NCBI GenBank assembly: GCA_016218815.1
Contig: JACRCX010000097.1
Coordinates: 25,566-89,565, forward strand
Reading direction: 5' to 3'
Source: Deltaproteobacteria bacterium
Lineage (GTDB): Bacteria > Myxococcota_A > Polyangia > DRWM01 > JAAZOP01
DNA length: 64,000 nt
In this document: positions 55,054 through 64,000 of the stretch, one piece after another
Position numbering within the stretch: the stretch's first letter is position 1
How the letters are laid out: every line of letters starts with the position of its first letter
Program-made: the position numbers and the translations under genes
The notes under the pieces: generated by a model
What the model saw: only the letters and a program-made list of their open reading frames with translations
The model's database searches: none
Told to the model about the DNA's origin: nothing

Positions 55054-57783
55054 TTGATGGCCACCACCAGCATCCTGCACCAGCCCCCCTTCGACGAAGC
55101 GCTCTACCTCATCGACGTCTCCGGGTTCGTGTTCCGCTTCTTCTACTCGGTGCGCAACCTCACGACGTCGAAGGGCGAGCCCACGGGCGCGCTGTTCGGC
55201 GTGACCAAGATGCTGCACAAGGTGGTCGCGGACCACACCCCGCGGTTTCTCGGCGTCGCCATGGACTCGCGCACGCCGACGTTCCGGCAGGGGCTGTACC
55301 CGGCGTACAAGGCCAACCGCCCGGCGCCCCCGGAGGATCTGCGTCCCCAGTTCGACTTCGTCCGCGAGATGCTCGAGGCGTTCGGCATTCCGGCGCTGCA
55401 GCGCGACGGGTTCGAGGCGGACGACGTGATGGCGACGGTGGCGGGCCAGGTCGCGCCCGAGCGACCGGTCGTGATCATCAGCTCGGACAAGGACCTCTGC
55501 CAGCTCGTGACGGATCGCGTGCTCTTGTACGTCGCGGACAAGGACGAGGTCTACGGTCCGGATGACGTCGAGGCGAAGTGGGGGGTGCGGCCCGAGCGGA
55601 TGATCGACCTGCAGGCTCTGGTCGGCGACGCCACGGACAACGTGCCGGGGGTGCCCGGCGTGGGCCCGAAGACCGCGGCGAAGCTGCTCGCCGAGTTCGG
55701 CTCGCTGGACGCGCTGCTCGAGGGACGCGCGAAGATCAAGAACCCGCGGATGCGCAAGCTGCTCGAGGAACACGGCGACGCGGCGCGGAAGGCGCTGCCG
55801 CTGGTGACGTTGCGCCGCGACGCACCCGTGGAGTGGAGCCTGGACACGCTGCGCTGGACGCCGCCGGATCCCGCGCGGCTGCGTGCGGCGTACAAGCGGT
55901 TCGAGTTCCACACCCTGGCCGCGGCGCTGCCGTCGGCGGAGGCAGCAGCGGGGGCGCCGTCGTCCGGCGAGGCCGCGGCCGAGCTGGCGGCGGTGCGGTC
56001 GATGGCCGAGCTGGAGGCGCTGGTGGGCCGCATCCGCGAGGCCGGGCTGGTGTCGGTGGACACCGAGACCACCGCGCTCGACCCGATGCAGGCCGAGCTG
56101 GTCGGCGTCTCGCTGTCCGTGGACCCCGGCGTCGGCCGATACATTCCGATAGCTCATACCGGCGCGGACGCCGTTGGAAACCTTCCGCGGGCCGAGGTGC
56201 TCGACCTCCTGCGGCCGGTTCTCGCCGATCCGGCGATCGCGAAGATCGGCCAGAACATCAAGTTCGACTCCATCGTCCTGGCGCGCGCCGGCGCGCCGAT
56301 CGCAGGTGCGACCTTCGACACGATGCTCGCCAGCTACCTGCTCGACCCGGAGAAGCACCAGCACCGGCTGGAGCAGATCGCGCAGGAACGGCTGTCGCGA
56401 GGGATGATCTCGTACGACGAGGTGACGGAGAAGAGGCGAGGGCACCAGCTCCGGTTCGACGAGGTCGCGATCGACAAGGCGGCGAGGTACTCGGCGGAGG
56501 ACGCCGAGGTCGTGCGGTCGCTGCTCGACCCGATGCGCCGGGCGCTGGAGGAGGCGGGCCTTGCGGGCCTGCTGACCGACCTGGAGCTGCCGCTCTCCGA
56601 GGTGCTCATCGCGCTGGAGATGACGGGGGTGTCGGTCGATCCGGCGCGGCTGCGACGGCTGGCCAAGGAGCTGGCAGTGGAGGCCGGGCTCGCCGAGCAG
56701 GAGGCGCACCAGCTCGCCGGGCATCCCTTCAACCTGGGCTCGCCGAAACAGCTCGCCGAGGTGCTCTTCGACCAGCTCGGGCTGCCCACGGTCAAGAAGA
56801 CGAAGACCGGCCGGTCGACGGACGCCGAGGTGCTCGAGGAGCTGGCGGCGATGCACCCGCTGCCGTCCAAGGTGCTCCAGTACCGCTCGCTGACCCGGCT
56901 GGTGTCGGGGTATCTCGAGGCGCTGCCGACCTTGATCAACCAGCAGACGGGCCGCATCCACACCTCCTACAACCAGGCCGTGGCGGCGACGGGGCGCCTG
57001 TCCAGCTCGAACCCGAACTTGCAGAACATCCCCGTGCGCACGGAGGTGGGGCGGCGCATCCGCGAGGCGTTCTTGACGGAGGCGGGCTGGCGCATCGTGT
57101 CGGCCGACTATTCGCAGATTGAGCTCCGGGTCCTGGCGCACCTCTCGCAGGACGCGCTCTTGTGCGAGTCGTTCCGCACGGGCGAGGACGTGCACGCCCG
57201 GACGGCGCGCGAGGTGTTCGGCGCGATTGCGGGGGGGGCGGCGGTGGCCGAGATGCGCCGGCGGGCGAAGGTGATCAACTTCGGCATCATCTACGGCAAA
57301 ACGGACTTCGGGCTGGCGCGCGAGCTGGGGATCCCGAAGTCGCAGGCGCGGCAGTTCATCTCCGACTACTTCGCACGCTACGCGGGGGTGCGCCGCTACC
57401 TGGACCGCACGATCGAGGAGGCGAGGGCGACCGGCATGGTCCGCACGATGCTCGGGCGTCGCCGTTACCTGCCCGACCTGCGGAGCCGCAATCCGGCGGC
57501 GCGGGGGCAGGCCGAGCGGATGGCGATGAACACCCCGATCCAGGGCTCAGCCGCCGACCTGCTCAAGCTGGCGATGATCCGGGTGCACCGCGAGCTGGGG
57601 GCGTCGAAGCTGCGGGCGCGCATGCTGCTCACGGTCCACGACGAGCTGGTCTTCGAATGTCCGGAAGAGGAGGTCGGCGACCTGGAGGCGCTGGCGCGCC
57701 GCTGCATGGAGTCGGCCGCCACGCTGTCGGTCCCCCTGGTCGTCGACGTCGGCTCGGGTCCCACGTGGGGCCGGGCGCACTAG
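55054..57783 (+). CDS. polA: DNA polymerase I.
   Basis: 5'-3' exonuclease N-terminus (LYLIDVSGFVFRFFY), 3'-5' exonuclease domain (LVSVDTETTALDPMQAELVGVSL), polymerase motif A (RIVSADYSQIELRVLAH) and motif C (LTVHDELVFE). Confidence 0.95.
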   Translation: MMATTSILHQPPFDEALYLIDVSGFVFRFFYSVRNLTTSKGEPTGALFGVTKMLHKVVADHTPRFLGVAMDSRTPTFRQGLYPAYKANRPAPPEDLRPQFDFVREMLEAFGIPALQRDGFEADDVMATVAGQVAPERPVVIISSDKDLCQLVTDRVLLYVADKDEVYGPDDVEAKWGVRPERMIDLQALVGDATDNVPGVPGVGPKTAAKLLAEFGSLDALLEGRAKIKNPRMRKLLEEHGDAARKALPLVTLRRDAPVEWSLDTLRWTPPDPARLRAAYKRFEFHTLAAALPSAEAAAGAPSSGEAAAELAAVRSMAELEALVGRIREAGLVSVDTETTALDPMQAELVGVSLSVDPGVGRYIPIAHTGADAVGNLPRAEVLDLLRPVLADPAIAKIGQNIKFDSIVLARAGAPIAGATFDTMLASYLLDPEKHQHRLEQIAQERLSRGMISYDEVTEKRRGHQLRFDEVAIDKAARYSAEDAEVVRSLLDPMRRALEEAGLAGLLTDLELPLSEVLIALEMTGVSVDPARLRRLAKELAVEAGLAEQEAHQLAGHPFNLGSPKQLAEVLFDQLGLPTVKKTKTGRSTDAEVLEELAAMHPLPSKVLQYRSLTRLVSGYLEALPTLINQQTGRIHTSYNQAVAATGRLSSSNPNLQNIPVRTEVGRRIREAFLTEAGWRIVSADYSQIELRVLAHLSQDALLCESFRTGEDVHARTAREVFGAIAGGAAVAEMRRRAKVINFGIIYGKTDFGLARELGIPKSQARQFISDYFARYAGVRRYLDRTIEEARATGMVRTMLGRRRYLPDLRSRNPAARGQAERMAMNTPIQGSAADLLKLAMIRVHRELGASKLRARMLLTVHDELVFECPEEEVGDLEALARRCMESAATLSVPLVVDVGSGPTWGRAH

Positions 57784-57799
57784 AGGGAAGAGGAAGGGA

Positions 57800-60148
57800 A
57801 TGACCAAACGCATCACGTTCTGTCTGTTCCTGGCGGCGGCGCTGGCCGCGGCGTGCAGCAAGTCCAAGCCGGGCCAGCCCGCGTCGGGGGGCGCACCGGC
57901 GCTCAGCGGCGCGGCGCGGGACGGGGGTCCGGCGCCGGACGGCGCGGCGGGCTTCCCGATCGCCGGGGCGGGCCCCGCGGTTTCCGGGGCGCTCGCTCCG
58001 CTCATGGCCTCGCTGCGGGCCGAGGTGCAGCCGAAGATCGCCGGGTACATCGGCGTGGCGAGCATCGACGACCTGACGTTCTACGACATCGACCTGCAGG
58101 TCGATCCGGACGCGGGCTCGTTCCGGGCCGAGGAGAAGCTCGACTTCGCGAACCGCACCGGCGAGACCCTGACCAGCGTCGCGCTGCGGGTCTACGGCAA
58201 CCAGTTCGGCAAGGAAGGCGAGCCGGCGCCGGTGGAGTTCTCGAGCGCGACGATCGACGGCGCGCCGGCCGGGCTCGAGCACCCCGGACCGACCACCTGG
58301 GAGGTCAAGCTCCCGCGTCCCTTGGCGCCCGGGCAGCGGGTGACCATCGTCTGCTCCTTCACCGGCCAGGCGCCGAAGCAGGAGCAGGGACAGACGGGGA
58401 TGCTCCGCCAGGGCATGGACATGCTCAAGGACCTCTTCGGCATGGGCGGCGGCGGCATCGAAGGCTACGGCATCCTGAGCGTCGGCGACGGCATCCTCAG
58501 CCTGGCCGCGTGGTATCCCGTCCTCGCCCGCTGGTACCCGGACGAGAAACAGTGGGATCTTTCCGAGCCGACGGGGATCGGCGATGTGGGCACCGAGGAT
58601 CTGGCGAACTACCGGGTGCGCGTGCGTGCGCCGGGCGAGGCGGTCGTCGCGTCCAGCGGCGTGGAGGTCGCGAAGGGGACCACGCCGACCGACGTCACGT
58701 ACGGGGGGGTGGCGCTGCGGGACTTCACGGTGCTCGTTTCGCGCAGCTACCACGTGGTCTCGCGGAAGTCCGGCGAGATCAAGGTCAGCGTCTACGTCCC
58801 GCAGGGCCGCGAGCCGTTCGCCGAGAAAATCCTCGACTACGCGCTCTCGGCGATCGAGGTCTACGAGCGGCGGTTCGGGCCGTACACCCTGACCGAGCTG
58901 GACGTCGCGGCGGCGCCGCTGATCGGCGGCGCGGGAGGGGTGGAGTTCCCCGGCATCGTCACCGTCGCCACGATGCTGATGCAGGACCTGTCCGAGTCGC
59001 TCGGGGCGCTCGGATCGCTCGCCCCGGCCGGCCTCAACCGCCTGCCGATCCTCGACGAGATGGTCGAGTTCGTCGTGGTGCACGAGGTCGCGCACCAGTG
59101 GTGGAACGGCCTCATCGGGTCCGACTCGGTGCGCCATCCGTTCATCGACGAGGGCATGGCGCAGTACTCGTCGATCCTGTACTTCGAGGACCGCTACGGG
59201 TCGGAGCGGGCGACGAAGACGGGCGATCGCAACGTCAAGGTCAACTTCCTGCTCTACCGCATGCTGGGCAATCCGGACGGCGTGGTCGACCGCGGGACCG
59301 GCGACTTCTCCGGCGCGCTGGAATACGCGGCGCTGGTGTACGGCAAGGGGCCCTACTACTGGCAGGCGGTGCGCCGGGCGATCGGCGACGAGAAGTTCGG
59401 CGAGGTGCTCAAGCGCTACTACGACACGTACCGGTACAAGGTGGCGGCGTCGGACGCGTTCGCGAAGCTCGCGGGCGAGGTCGCGGGACAGCCCGACGAG
59501 ATGATGGCATTGTACCGGCGCTGGCTGCTGGAGACGCACGGCGACGAGGACCTCGGCAAGGCGAACTTCGCCCAGCTCATGCAGATGGTGCTGGGTGACG
59601 CCGAGGGCCTGGGCGGCCTGGCCGGGCTGCTCGGCGGCGGCGCGGACGGCGGGGCCGGCGCGGACGGCGGCGGCGCCAACATCGGACAGCTCATGGGCAT
59701 CCTCCAGATGCTCCAGGGCGGCGCCGGCGCCGACGGCGGCGTGGCTGCGGGGGCCGATGGCGGCGGGGGGCCCAACATCGGCCAGCTCATGGGCCTGCTC
59801 CAGATGCTCCCGGGCGGCGCCGGCGCCGACGGCGGCGCCGGACCCGGGACCCCGGGCATGGGCGACGGAGCGTGGCTGCAGCAGATGATGGGCCTCGCCC
59901 GCGGGTTCCTCGAGCCGCTGGCGGCCACCAATCCGGACGTCGCCAGGCTGCTGGAGCTGATGGACAAGATGCAGCGCGGCGAGCCGGTCGATTTCGCCGA
60001 GGCGATGGCGTTGATCCAGCGGGTCCTGGGTTCGCTTCTCGGCGGCGACGGCGCCGCGCAGCAGATCATCGGCCAAGCCCTCGGAACCGCGCTGGGTCAG
60101 CCTCCCGCGCCCGCGCCGCGCCCGAGCCCCGACGCGGGGTTGCCGTAG
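57800..60148 (+). CDS. Peptidase M1-family zinc metalloprotease lipoprotein with a C-terminal Gly/Ala-rich repeat tail.
   Basis: MTKRITFCLFLAAALAAAC lipobox. Zinc motif HEVAHQWWNGLIGSDSVRHPFIDEGMAQY (HExxH-x18-E). C-terminal repeats NIGQLMGILQMLQGGAGADGG / NIGQLMGLLQMLPGGAGADGG. Confidence 0.8.
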   Translation: MTKRITFCLFLAAALAAACSKSKPGQPASGGAPALSGAARDGGPAPDGAAGFPIAGAGPAVSGALAPLMASLRAEVQPKIAGYIGVASIDDLTFYDIDLQVDPDAGSFRAEEKLDFANRTGETLTSVALRVYGNQFGKEGEPAPVEFSSATIDGAPAGLEHPGPTTWEVKLPRPLAPGQRVTIVCSFTGQAPKQEQGQTGMLRQGMDMLKDLFGMGGGGIEGYGILSVGDGILSLAAWYPVLARWYPDEKQWDLSEPTGIGDVGTEDLANYRVRVRAPGEAVVASSGVEVAKGTTPTDVTYGGVALRDFTVLVSRSYHVVSRKSGEIKVSVYVPQGREPFAEKILDYALSAIEVYERRFGPYTLTELDVAAAPLIGGAGGVEFPGIVTVATMLMQDLSESLGALGSLAPAGLNRLPILDEMVEFVVVHEVAHQWWNGLIGSDSVRHPFIDEGMAQYSSILYFEDRYGSERATKTGDRNVKVNFLLYRMLGNPDGVVDRGTGDFSGALEYAALVYGKGPYYWQAVRRAIGDEKFGEVLKRYYDTYRYKVAASDAFAKLAGEVAGQPDEMMALYRRWLLETHGDEDLGKANFAQLMQMVLGDAEGLGGLAGLLGGGADGGAGADGGGANIGQLMGILQMLQGGAGADGGVAAGADGGGGPNIGQLMGLLQMLPGGAGADGGAGPGTPGMGDGAWLQQMMGLARGFLEPLAATNPDVARLLELMDKMQRGEPVDFAEAMALIQRVLGSLLGGDGAAQQIIGQALGTALGQPPAPAPRPSPDAGLP

Positions 60149-60161
60149 GTCCGGCGCGCCG

Positions 60162-61025
60162 CTACGGCAGGTCGCGGCGGTAGCCGAGCGGGTCCTGGTA
60201 CGGGGGCGTGGGGATGAGCAGCTCGTAGCCCGAGTCCGGGCAACGGCCCCGAACGGGGATCAACCCGATGGACGCCGGATCGATGCGGAAGGCGGTCGCC
60301 TTGCGCTCGCGCGTCGCCGGCTCCCACACCCGGCCCGCGTCTTCCAGGTCGAACACCTCGAACAGGCCCGGGCCGTCCTCGATGATCTCTTCCAGGCACA
60401 GCTCGGTCGTGCCGTCGCCGTCGACGTCCGCGACCCGCGCGCGCTGGATCACGACCCGGCTTCCCGAGTCGTGGACGCCGTGGTCCCACTGGGTCACCAC
60501 GGCCACGACCCGCGCGCGGCAGCAGGCGCCGGAGTCGACCGGGCCGAGCGGCACGCCGATCGCGACCGCCTCCGTGTAGCCGTACATGCCGTCCCACTCG
60601 AACGAGCCGGTCATGAGGCCCAGCACGTAGTCCGCCCCGCCGACGCGCAGCGTGCCGGCGGTTCCCAGCCGGCAGCGCGTGGCGCCGCCCTGTGGCGCGG
60701 CCCCGAGTTGCTCGGCCGCGTAGTAGCGGCAGAGCTGGGCGTTGCCGATGCCGGTCTCCAGCCCTTCGCCGACGTACGGCAGGAATTGGGCGTAGCTGTC
60801 CATGTCCGGCCAGTCGATCTCGAAGACCTCGACCGCGAGGTCGGTGCGGGGGAGGGCGGGCGCCTCGGCGGCGTCACGACGGGTCGTCGAGCCGCAGCCG
60901 AGCACGAGGGCGAGAGGCGCCGCAAGGACGGCGGCTCGGGCACGGGAGCGGCGGGTGGTGCATTTCACGGCGCCTCCGACGCGGGCCGCGGGGCCTCGAT
61001 TCAGCGCCAGGGCTGACGGGGACAT
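60162..61025 (-). CDS. Hypothetical lipoprotein (287 aa).
   Basis: ATG 61023-61025 gives MSPSALALNRGPAARVGGAVKCTTRRSRARAAVLAAPLALVLGC (lipobox). The remainder has natural composition. The upstream half of track ORF 60162-61562 is Arg/Gly junk. Confidence 0.55.
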   Translation of the reverse strand: MSPSALALNRGPAARVGGAVKCTTRRSRARAAVLAAPLALVLGCGSTTRRDAAEAPALPRTDLAVEVFEIDWPDMDSYAQFLPYVGEGLETGIGNAQLCRYYAAEQLGAAPQGGATRCRLGTAGTLRVGGADYVLGLMTGSFEWDGMYGYTEAVAIGVPLGPVDSGACCRARVVAVVTQWDHGVHDSGSRVVIQRARVADVDGDGTTELCLEEIIEDGPGLFEVFDLEDAGRVWEPATRERKATAFRIDPASIGLIPVRGRCPDSGYELLIPTPPYQDPLGYRRDLP

Positions 61026-61051
61026 GGCGACGGAGTGCGTGGCAAGGCTGT

Positions 61052-61582
61052 TCAGGGAGCGGGCGGCTCGCAGACGCAGACTCCGCCTTCGGAGCAGGTG
61101 CCGCCGCAGGACAGGAGGCAGATCACGGGGTCGCACGAGGACTTCGTCTCGCCGCCCTCCCACCCTTCGCTGCCGCCCGCGTCGTCGCGCGCTCCCTCGC
61201 TCCATGCGCTGTCGTCTCGCATGGCGTCCTCGGTCCTGGAATCGTCGCGCCGCGCCGCGTCCTCGACCCGCACGTCTTCGGGCCCGGTGTCGGGGCGGAC
61301 GTCCGGAGCGACCTCGGCGTCGGCCTCGGGAGCAGTGTCCGGAGCGACCTCGGCGTCGGCTTCGGGACCGACGTCGGGGGCGGCGTCGGAGTCGGCGTCG
61401 GGGCCGGGGCCCGAGTCGTCCGAGGCATCGACACCCACGTCGCAGTTGCTGATCGGAACGCAGACCCCGAGGTAGCACTCGCGACACGCCGAGCACCCGC
61501 CCGGGCACGACTCGTCGCCCCGGTCGCCGCACGCGGTCACCCAGAGGCCGAACGCCAGACAAGCGATGAGGATGCGCATCAT
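61052..61582 (-). CDS. Hypothetical Cys-rich lipoprotein with internal APD/PEADAEVAPD repeats.
   Basis: MMRILIACLAFGLWVTAC lipobox. Cys clusters CPGGCSACRECYLGVCVPISNC and CDPVICLLSCGGTCSEGGVCVC. Confidence 0.5.
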   Translation of the reverse strand: MMRILIACLAFGLWVTACGDRGDESCPGGCSACRECYLGVCVPISNCDVGVDASDDSGPGPDADSDAAPDVGPEADAEVAPDTAPEADAEVAPDVRPDTGPEDVRVEDAARRDDSRTEDAMRDDSAWSEGARDDAGGSEGWEGGETKSSCDPVICLLSCGGTCSEGGVCVCEPPAP

Positions 61583-61711
61583 GGTCGGCTCACTCTCCCG
61601 CGCCCGGCGGACGGCCGAGGCAATCACTCCACGACGCGAGCTTGTCGCGGAATCGACCGGCCGTCAAATCGGCCGGCCGCAAGGTCCGGGTGAATTGCGC
61701 GGCGTCGCGAC

Positions 61712-61790
61712 TGGGAGGGGAGGACGCTGAGATCCGACTTACCGCTGAGACGCTGAGGACGCCGAGACAAACGCTGAGAAGGCAGGGGAA
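61712..61790 (-). repeat. Copy 2 (inverted orientation) of the approximately 80-bp dispersed repeat (see 501-572).
   Basis: The reverse complement reads TTCCCCTGCCTTCTCAGCGTTTGTCTCGGCGTCCTCAGCGTCTCAGCGGTAAGTCGGATCTCAGCGTCCTCCCCTCCCAG. Confidence 0.7.
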
Positions 61791-62040
61791 GGGGCGGCCA
61801 GGAGCGGGAAGGAGGGAATTGCGGTGGATGGAGGACACAGGCTCGGATTCTGTTGCCCTTGCGCGGCGAGGCGCCGCGCAAGGGACCTGCCGCGCCGCGA
61901 GGTTCGCGTGTCGGCTTGCCCTGGAACCGTCCACCGTTGTACCCGGCGGCGGAGGAGTCCGTGGCGCGGCGCCTCGCCGCGTCACGGCATTCACACCCCG
62001 GACCTCCATCAGGGATCGCTCGTGCCTGTGCTTCCCCTGC

Positions 62041-62110
62041 CTTCTCAGCGATTCTCTCAGCGCCCTCAGCGTCTCAGCGGTGAATCCGGTCTCCGCACCC
62101 TCCCCTCCCT
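62041..62110 (+). repeat. Copy 3 of the approximately 80-bp dispersed repeat. It forms an inverted pair with copy 2, bracketing about 250 bp.
   Basis: CTTCTCAGCGATTCTCTCAGCGCCCTCAGCGTCTCAGCGGTGAATCCGGTCTCCGCACCCTCCCCTCCC. Confidence 0.7.
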
Positions 62111-62209
62111 ACATCCAGGCACTCCCCCAGGCACTCCCCCAGTTGGGGGGCTGCACTTCAGGGTCACGGCGGCCTTGACTTCGACGACCGGACCTGCGGA
62201 ATTGCCGGC

Positions 62210-63082
62210 ATGACGGAGCAATCGGGGGTGTCGGGGCGGCAGCGACCGGGCCTGTTCGCGCCGGACCTGCTGCGCGGATCGGTCGCCGTGGTCACGGGCG
62301 GCGGTTCGGGGATCGGGCTGGCCACCGCCGAGCTGCTCGGGCGGTGCGGGGCCTCGCTCGCGCTGGCCGGACGCTCGGTCGAGCGGCTGGAGGCTGCCGC
62401 GGCACGAATGGCCGGAGCGGGGATCGAGGTCTTCTTCGCGTCCTGCGACATCCGGGAGTCGGCGCAGACGGAGGAGTTCGCGAAGCTCGTGCTCGAACGG
62501 TTCGGGCGCATCGACATCCTGGTCAACAACGCCGGGGGCCAATTCCCGACGCCGGCGGAGGACCTGACGAGCAAGGGGTGGGACGCGGTCATCCGCACCA
62601 ACCTCACCGGGACCTGGAACATGACGCGGGCTGCGGCCGTGCGGGCGATGATCCCCGCGCGTTCCGGACGCATCGTCAACGTGATCGCCGACGTGGAGCG
62701 CGGATTCCCGGGGATGGTGCACACGGGCGCGGCGCGCGCGGGCGTGGAGAACATGACGCGCACGTTGGCGGTCGAATGGGCCGGCTTCGGGCTGGCCGTG
62801 AACGCCGTCGCGCCCGGGGTGATTCGGACCGCGGCGGTTTCGAAGTACGGCGAGCCGATCCTGGAGGCGAGGCGGCGGGAGATCCCGTTGCGGCGACTGG
62901 GGGCGCCGGAGGAAGTGGCGGAGGCGGTCTGTTTCCTGGCCTCGCCTGCGGCGGCCTACATCACGGGCGTGACGCTGGCGGTTGACGGCGGCGCGCGGCT
63001 GGCGGGGCATCGCTGGCCGATCGAGTTGGGGCCGGACGAACGGCCGGCCGCTGCGCCGGGGGGCGCGGAGGGGGGCGGATGA
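62210..63082 (+). CDS. SDR-family oxidoreductase (peroxisomal trans-2-enoyl-CoA reductase / 2,4-dienoyl-CoA reductase-like).
   Basis: VTGGGSGIGLATAELLGRCGASLALAGR, NNAGG motif and catalytic region ...HTGAARAGVENMTRTLAVEW. Confidence 0.85.
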   Translation: MTEQSGVSGRQRPGLFAPDLLRGSVAVVTGGGSGIGLATAELLGRCGASLALAGRSVERLEAAAARMAGAGIEVFFASCDIRESAQTEEFAKLVLERFGRIDILVNNAGGQFPTPAEDLTSKGWDAVIRTNLTGTWNMTRAAAVRAMIPARSGRIVNVIADVERGFPGMVHTGAARAGVENMTRTLAVEWAGFGLAVNAVAPGVIRTAAVSKYGEPILEARRREIPLRRLGAPEEVAEAVCFLASPAAAYITGVTLAVDGGARLAGHRWPIELGPDERPAAAPGGAEGGG

Positions 63083-64000
63083 AGTTCTTCGGACCCGAGC
63101 ACGAGATGCTGCGCCAGGCGGTGCGGCGGTTCATCGCGCAGGAGATCGCGCCGCACGTCAATCGGTGGGAGCGCGAAGAAGCGTTCCCGCGGGAGCTGTA
63201 CCGCAAGTGGGCCGCGGCCGGGTTCCTGGGCGCCGGCTATCCCGAGGCGCTGGGCGGAACCCCCGCCGACGTCTTCCACCAGATTGCCGTCTGCGAGGAG
63301 CTGGTGGGCTGCGGCTCCTGCGGGGTGGCCGCGGGTCTGGGGATCCACGCCATCGCCCTGCCGCCGATCGTCTCCTTCGGCACGGAGGAGCAGCAGCGGC
63401 GGTTCGTCGCGCCGGTCCTGGCGGGGGAGAAGATCGCGGCGCTGGCGATCACCGAGCCGGACGCGGGCTCCGACGTCGCCGGGCTGCGCACGCGCGCGAC
63501 GCGCGAGGGAGACGACTACGTCGTGCGCGGTTCGAAGATGTTCATCACCTCCGGCACGCGCGCGGACTTCCTCACGACCGCGGTTCGCACGGGCGGCGAG
63601 GGCGCGGGCGGAATCAGCATCCTGGTCGTGGAGACGGCGCGGCCGGGGGTGTCAGTGTCCCGCAAGCTGGAGAAGCTGGGCTGGGCGGCGTCGGACACGG
63701 CGGAGATCGCGTTCGACGAGTGCCGCGTGCCGGCGGCCAACCTCATCGGCGAGGAGAACGCCGGGTTCGCGGTGCTGATGGCCAACTTCGCGACCGAGCG
63801 ACTGTTCCTCTCGGTGATGGCGCTCAAGATGGCCGACATGGCGCTGGCGGCGGCGCGGAAATACGCGGCCGAGCGTCGCGCCTTCGGCCGGCCGCTCGCC
63901 GGGTTCCAGGTGCTGCGCCACCGGATGGCGGAGATGGCGACGCGGCTGGAGGTCGCGAGGACGTACGTCTACCAGGTGGCCTCGCGGCTGCGGGACGGGG
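63079..64000 (+). CDS. Acyl-CoA dehydrogenase, 3'-truncated by the window end.
   Basis: ATG overlapping the SDR stop (ATGA). It encodes MKFFGPEHEMLRQAVRRFIAQEIAPHVNRWEREEAFPRELYRKWAAAGFLG...ITEPDAGSDVAGLRTRATREGDDYVVRGSKMFITSG..., open to the last base. Absent from the ORF track because it has no stop in the window. Confidence 0.85.
   Translation, partial: MKFFGPEHEMLRQAVRRFIAQEIAPHVNRWEREEAFPRELYRKWAAAGFLGAGYPEALGGTPADVFHQIAVCEELVGCGSCGVAAGLGIHAIALPPIVSFGTEEQQRRFVAPVLAGEKIAALAITEPDAGSDVAGLRTRATREGDDYVVRGSKMFITSGTRADFLTTAVRTGGEGAGGISILVVETARPGVSVSRKLEKLGWAASDTAEIAFDECRVPAANLIGEENAGFAVLMANFATERLFLSVMALKMADMALAAARKYAAERRAFGRPLAGFQVLRHRMAEMATRLEVARTYVYQVASRLRDG

Noticed and set aside
53707-57195. 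1162-aa minus-strand ORF overlapping polA
   Set aside because: Only its last 130 codons (the RlpA-like gene, 53707-54096) are credible. The rest is antisense to DNA polymerase I.

Overview
This is a very GC-rich (about 70-75%) bacterial chromosomal segment. The gene content fits a Myxococcota-like genome: Myxococcus-type cysteine-rich repeat lipoproteins, thrombospondin type 3, Kelch and LVIVD repeat surface proteins, many lipoproteins, a sigma-54 activator, and PPDK and ScpB with lysine-rich or low-complexity tails. I call about 55 protein-coding genes. Housekeeping genes include an OPT oligopeptide transporter, thioredoxin, two acyl-CoA dehydrogenases, hpt, scpA/scpB, pyruvate phosphate dikinase, pyrF, rlmB-like, thiS/thiG/thiE, signal peptidase I, comEA-like, polA, and SDR and MDR oxidoreductases. 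A large accessory complement of secreted or lipoprotein genes carries VWA, EGF-like, TSP3, Kelch, LVIVD, CarboxypepD_reg and three different Cys-rich repeat architectures. I found no rRNA, tRNA, CRISPR array, transposase or integrase by eye. The most notable features are: (1) a five-gene minus-strand cluster of MoxR ATPase, CoxE-like VWA, a CBS protein and two large secreted VWA adhesin-like proteins; (2) a roughly 1665-aa surface lipoprotein combining TSP3, Kelch and LVIVD repeats; (3) a small MITE-like palindromic element present once intergenically and once inserted in-frame inside a 1058-aa CDS; (4) several dispersed intergenic repeat families, some positioned directly upstream of start codons; (5) an orphan MIO-type ammonia-lyase whose Ala-Ser-Gly triad is Ala-Cys-Gly; (6) a PPDK with a roughly 65-aa histone-H1-like KAP-rich tail. 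Long ORFs antisense to real genes in the six-frame track are artefacts of the high GC content. Coordinates of start codons are good to about 3 nt; I could not run homology searches, so family calls rest on motifs I recognise by eye.
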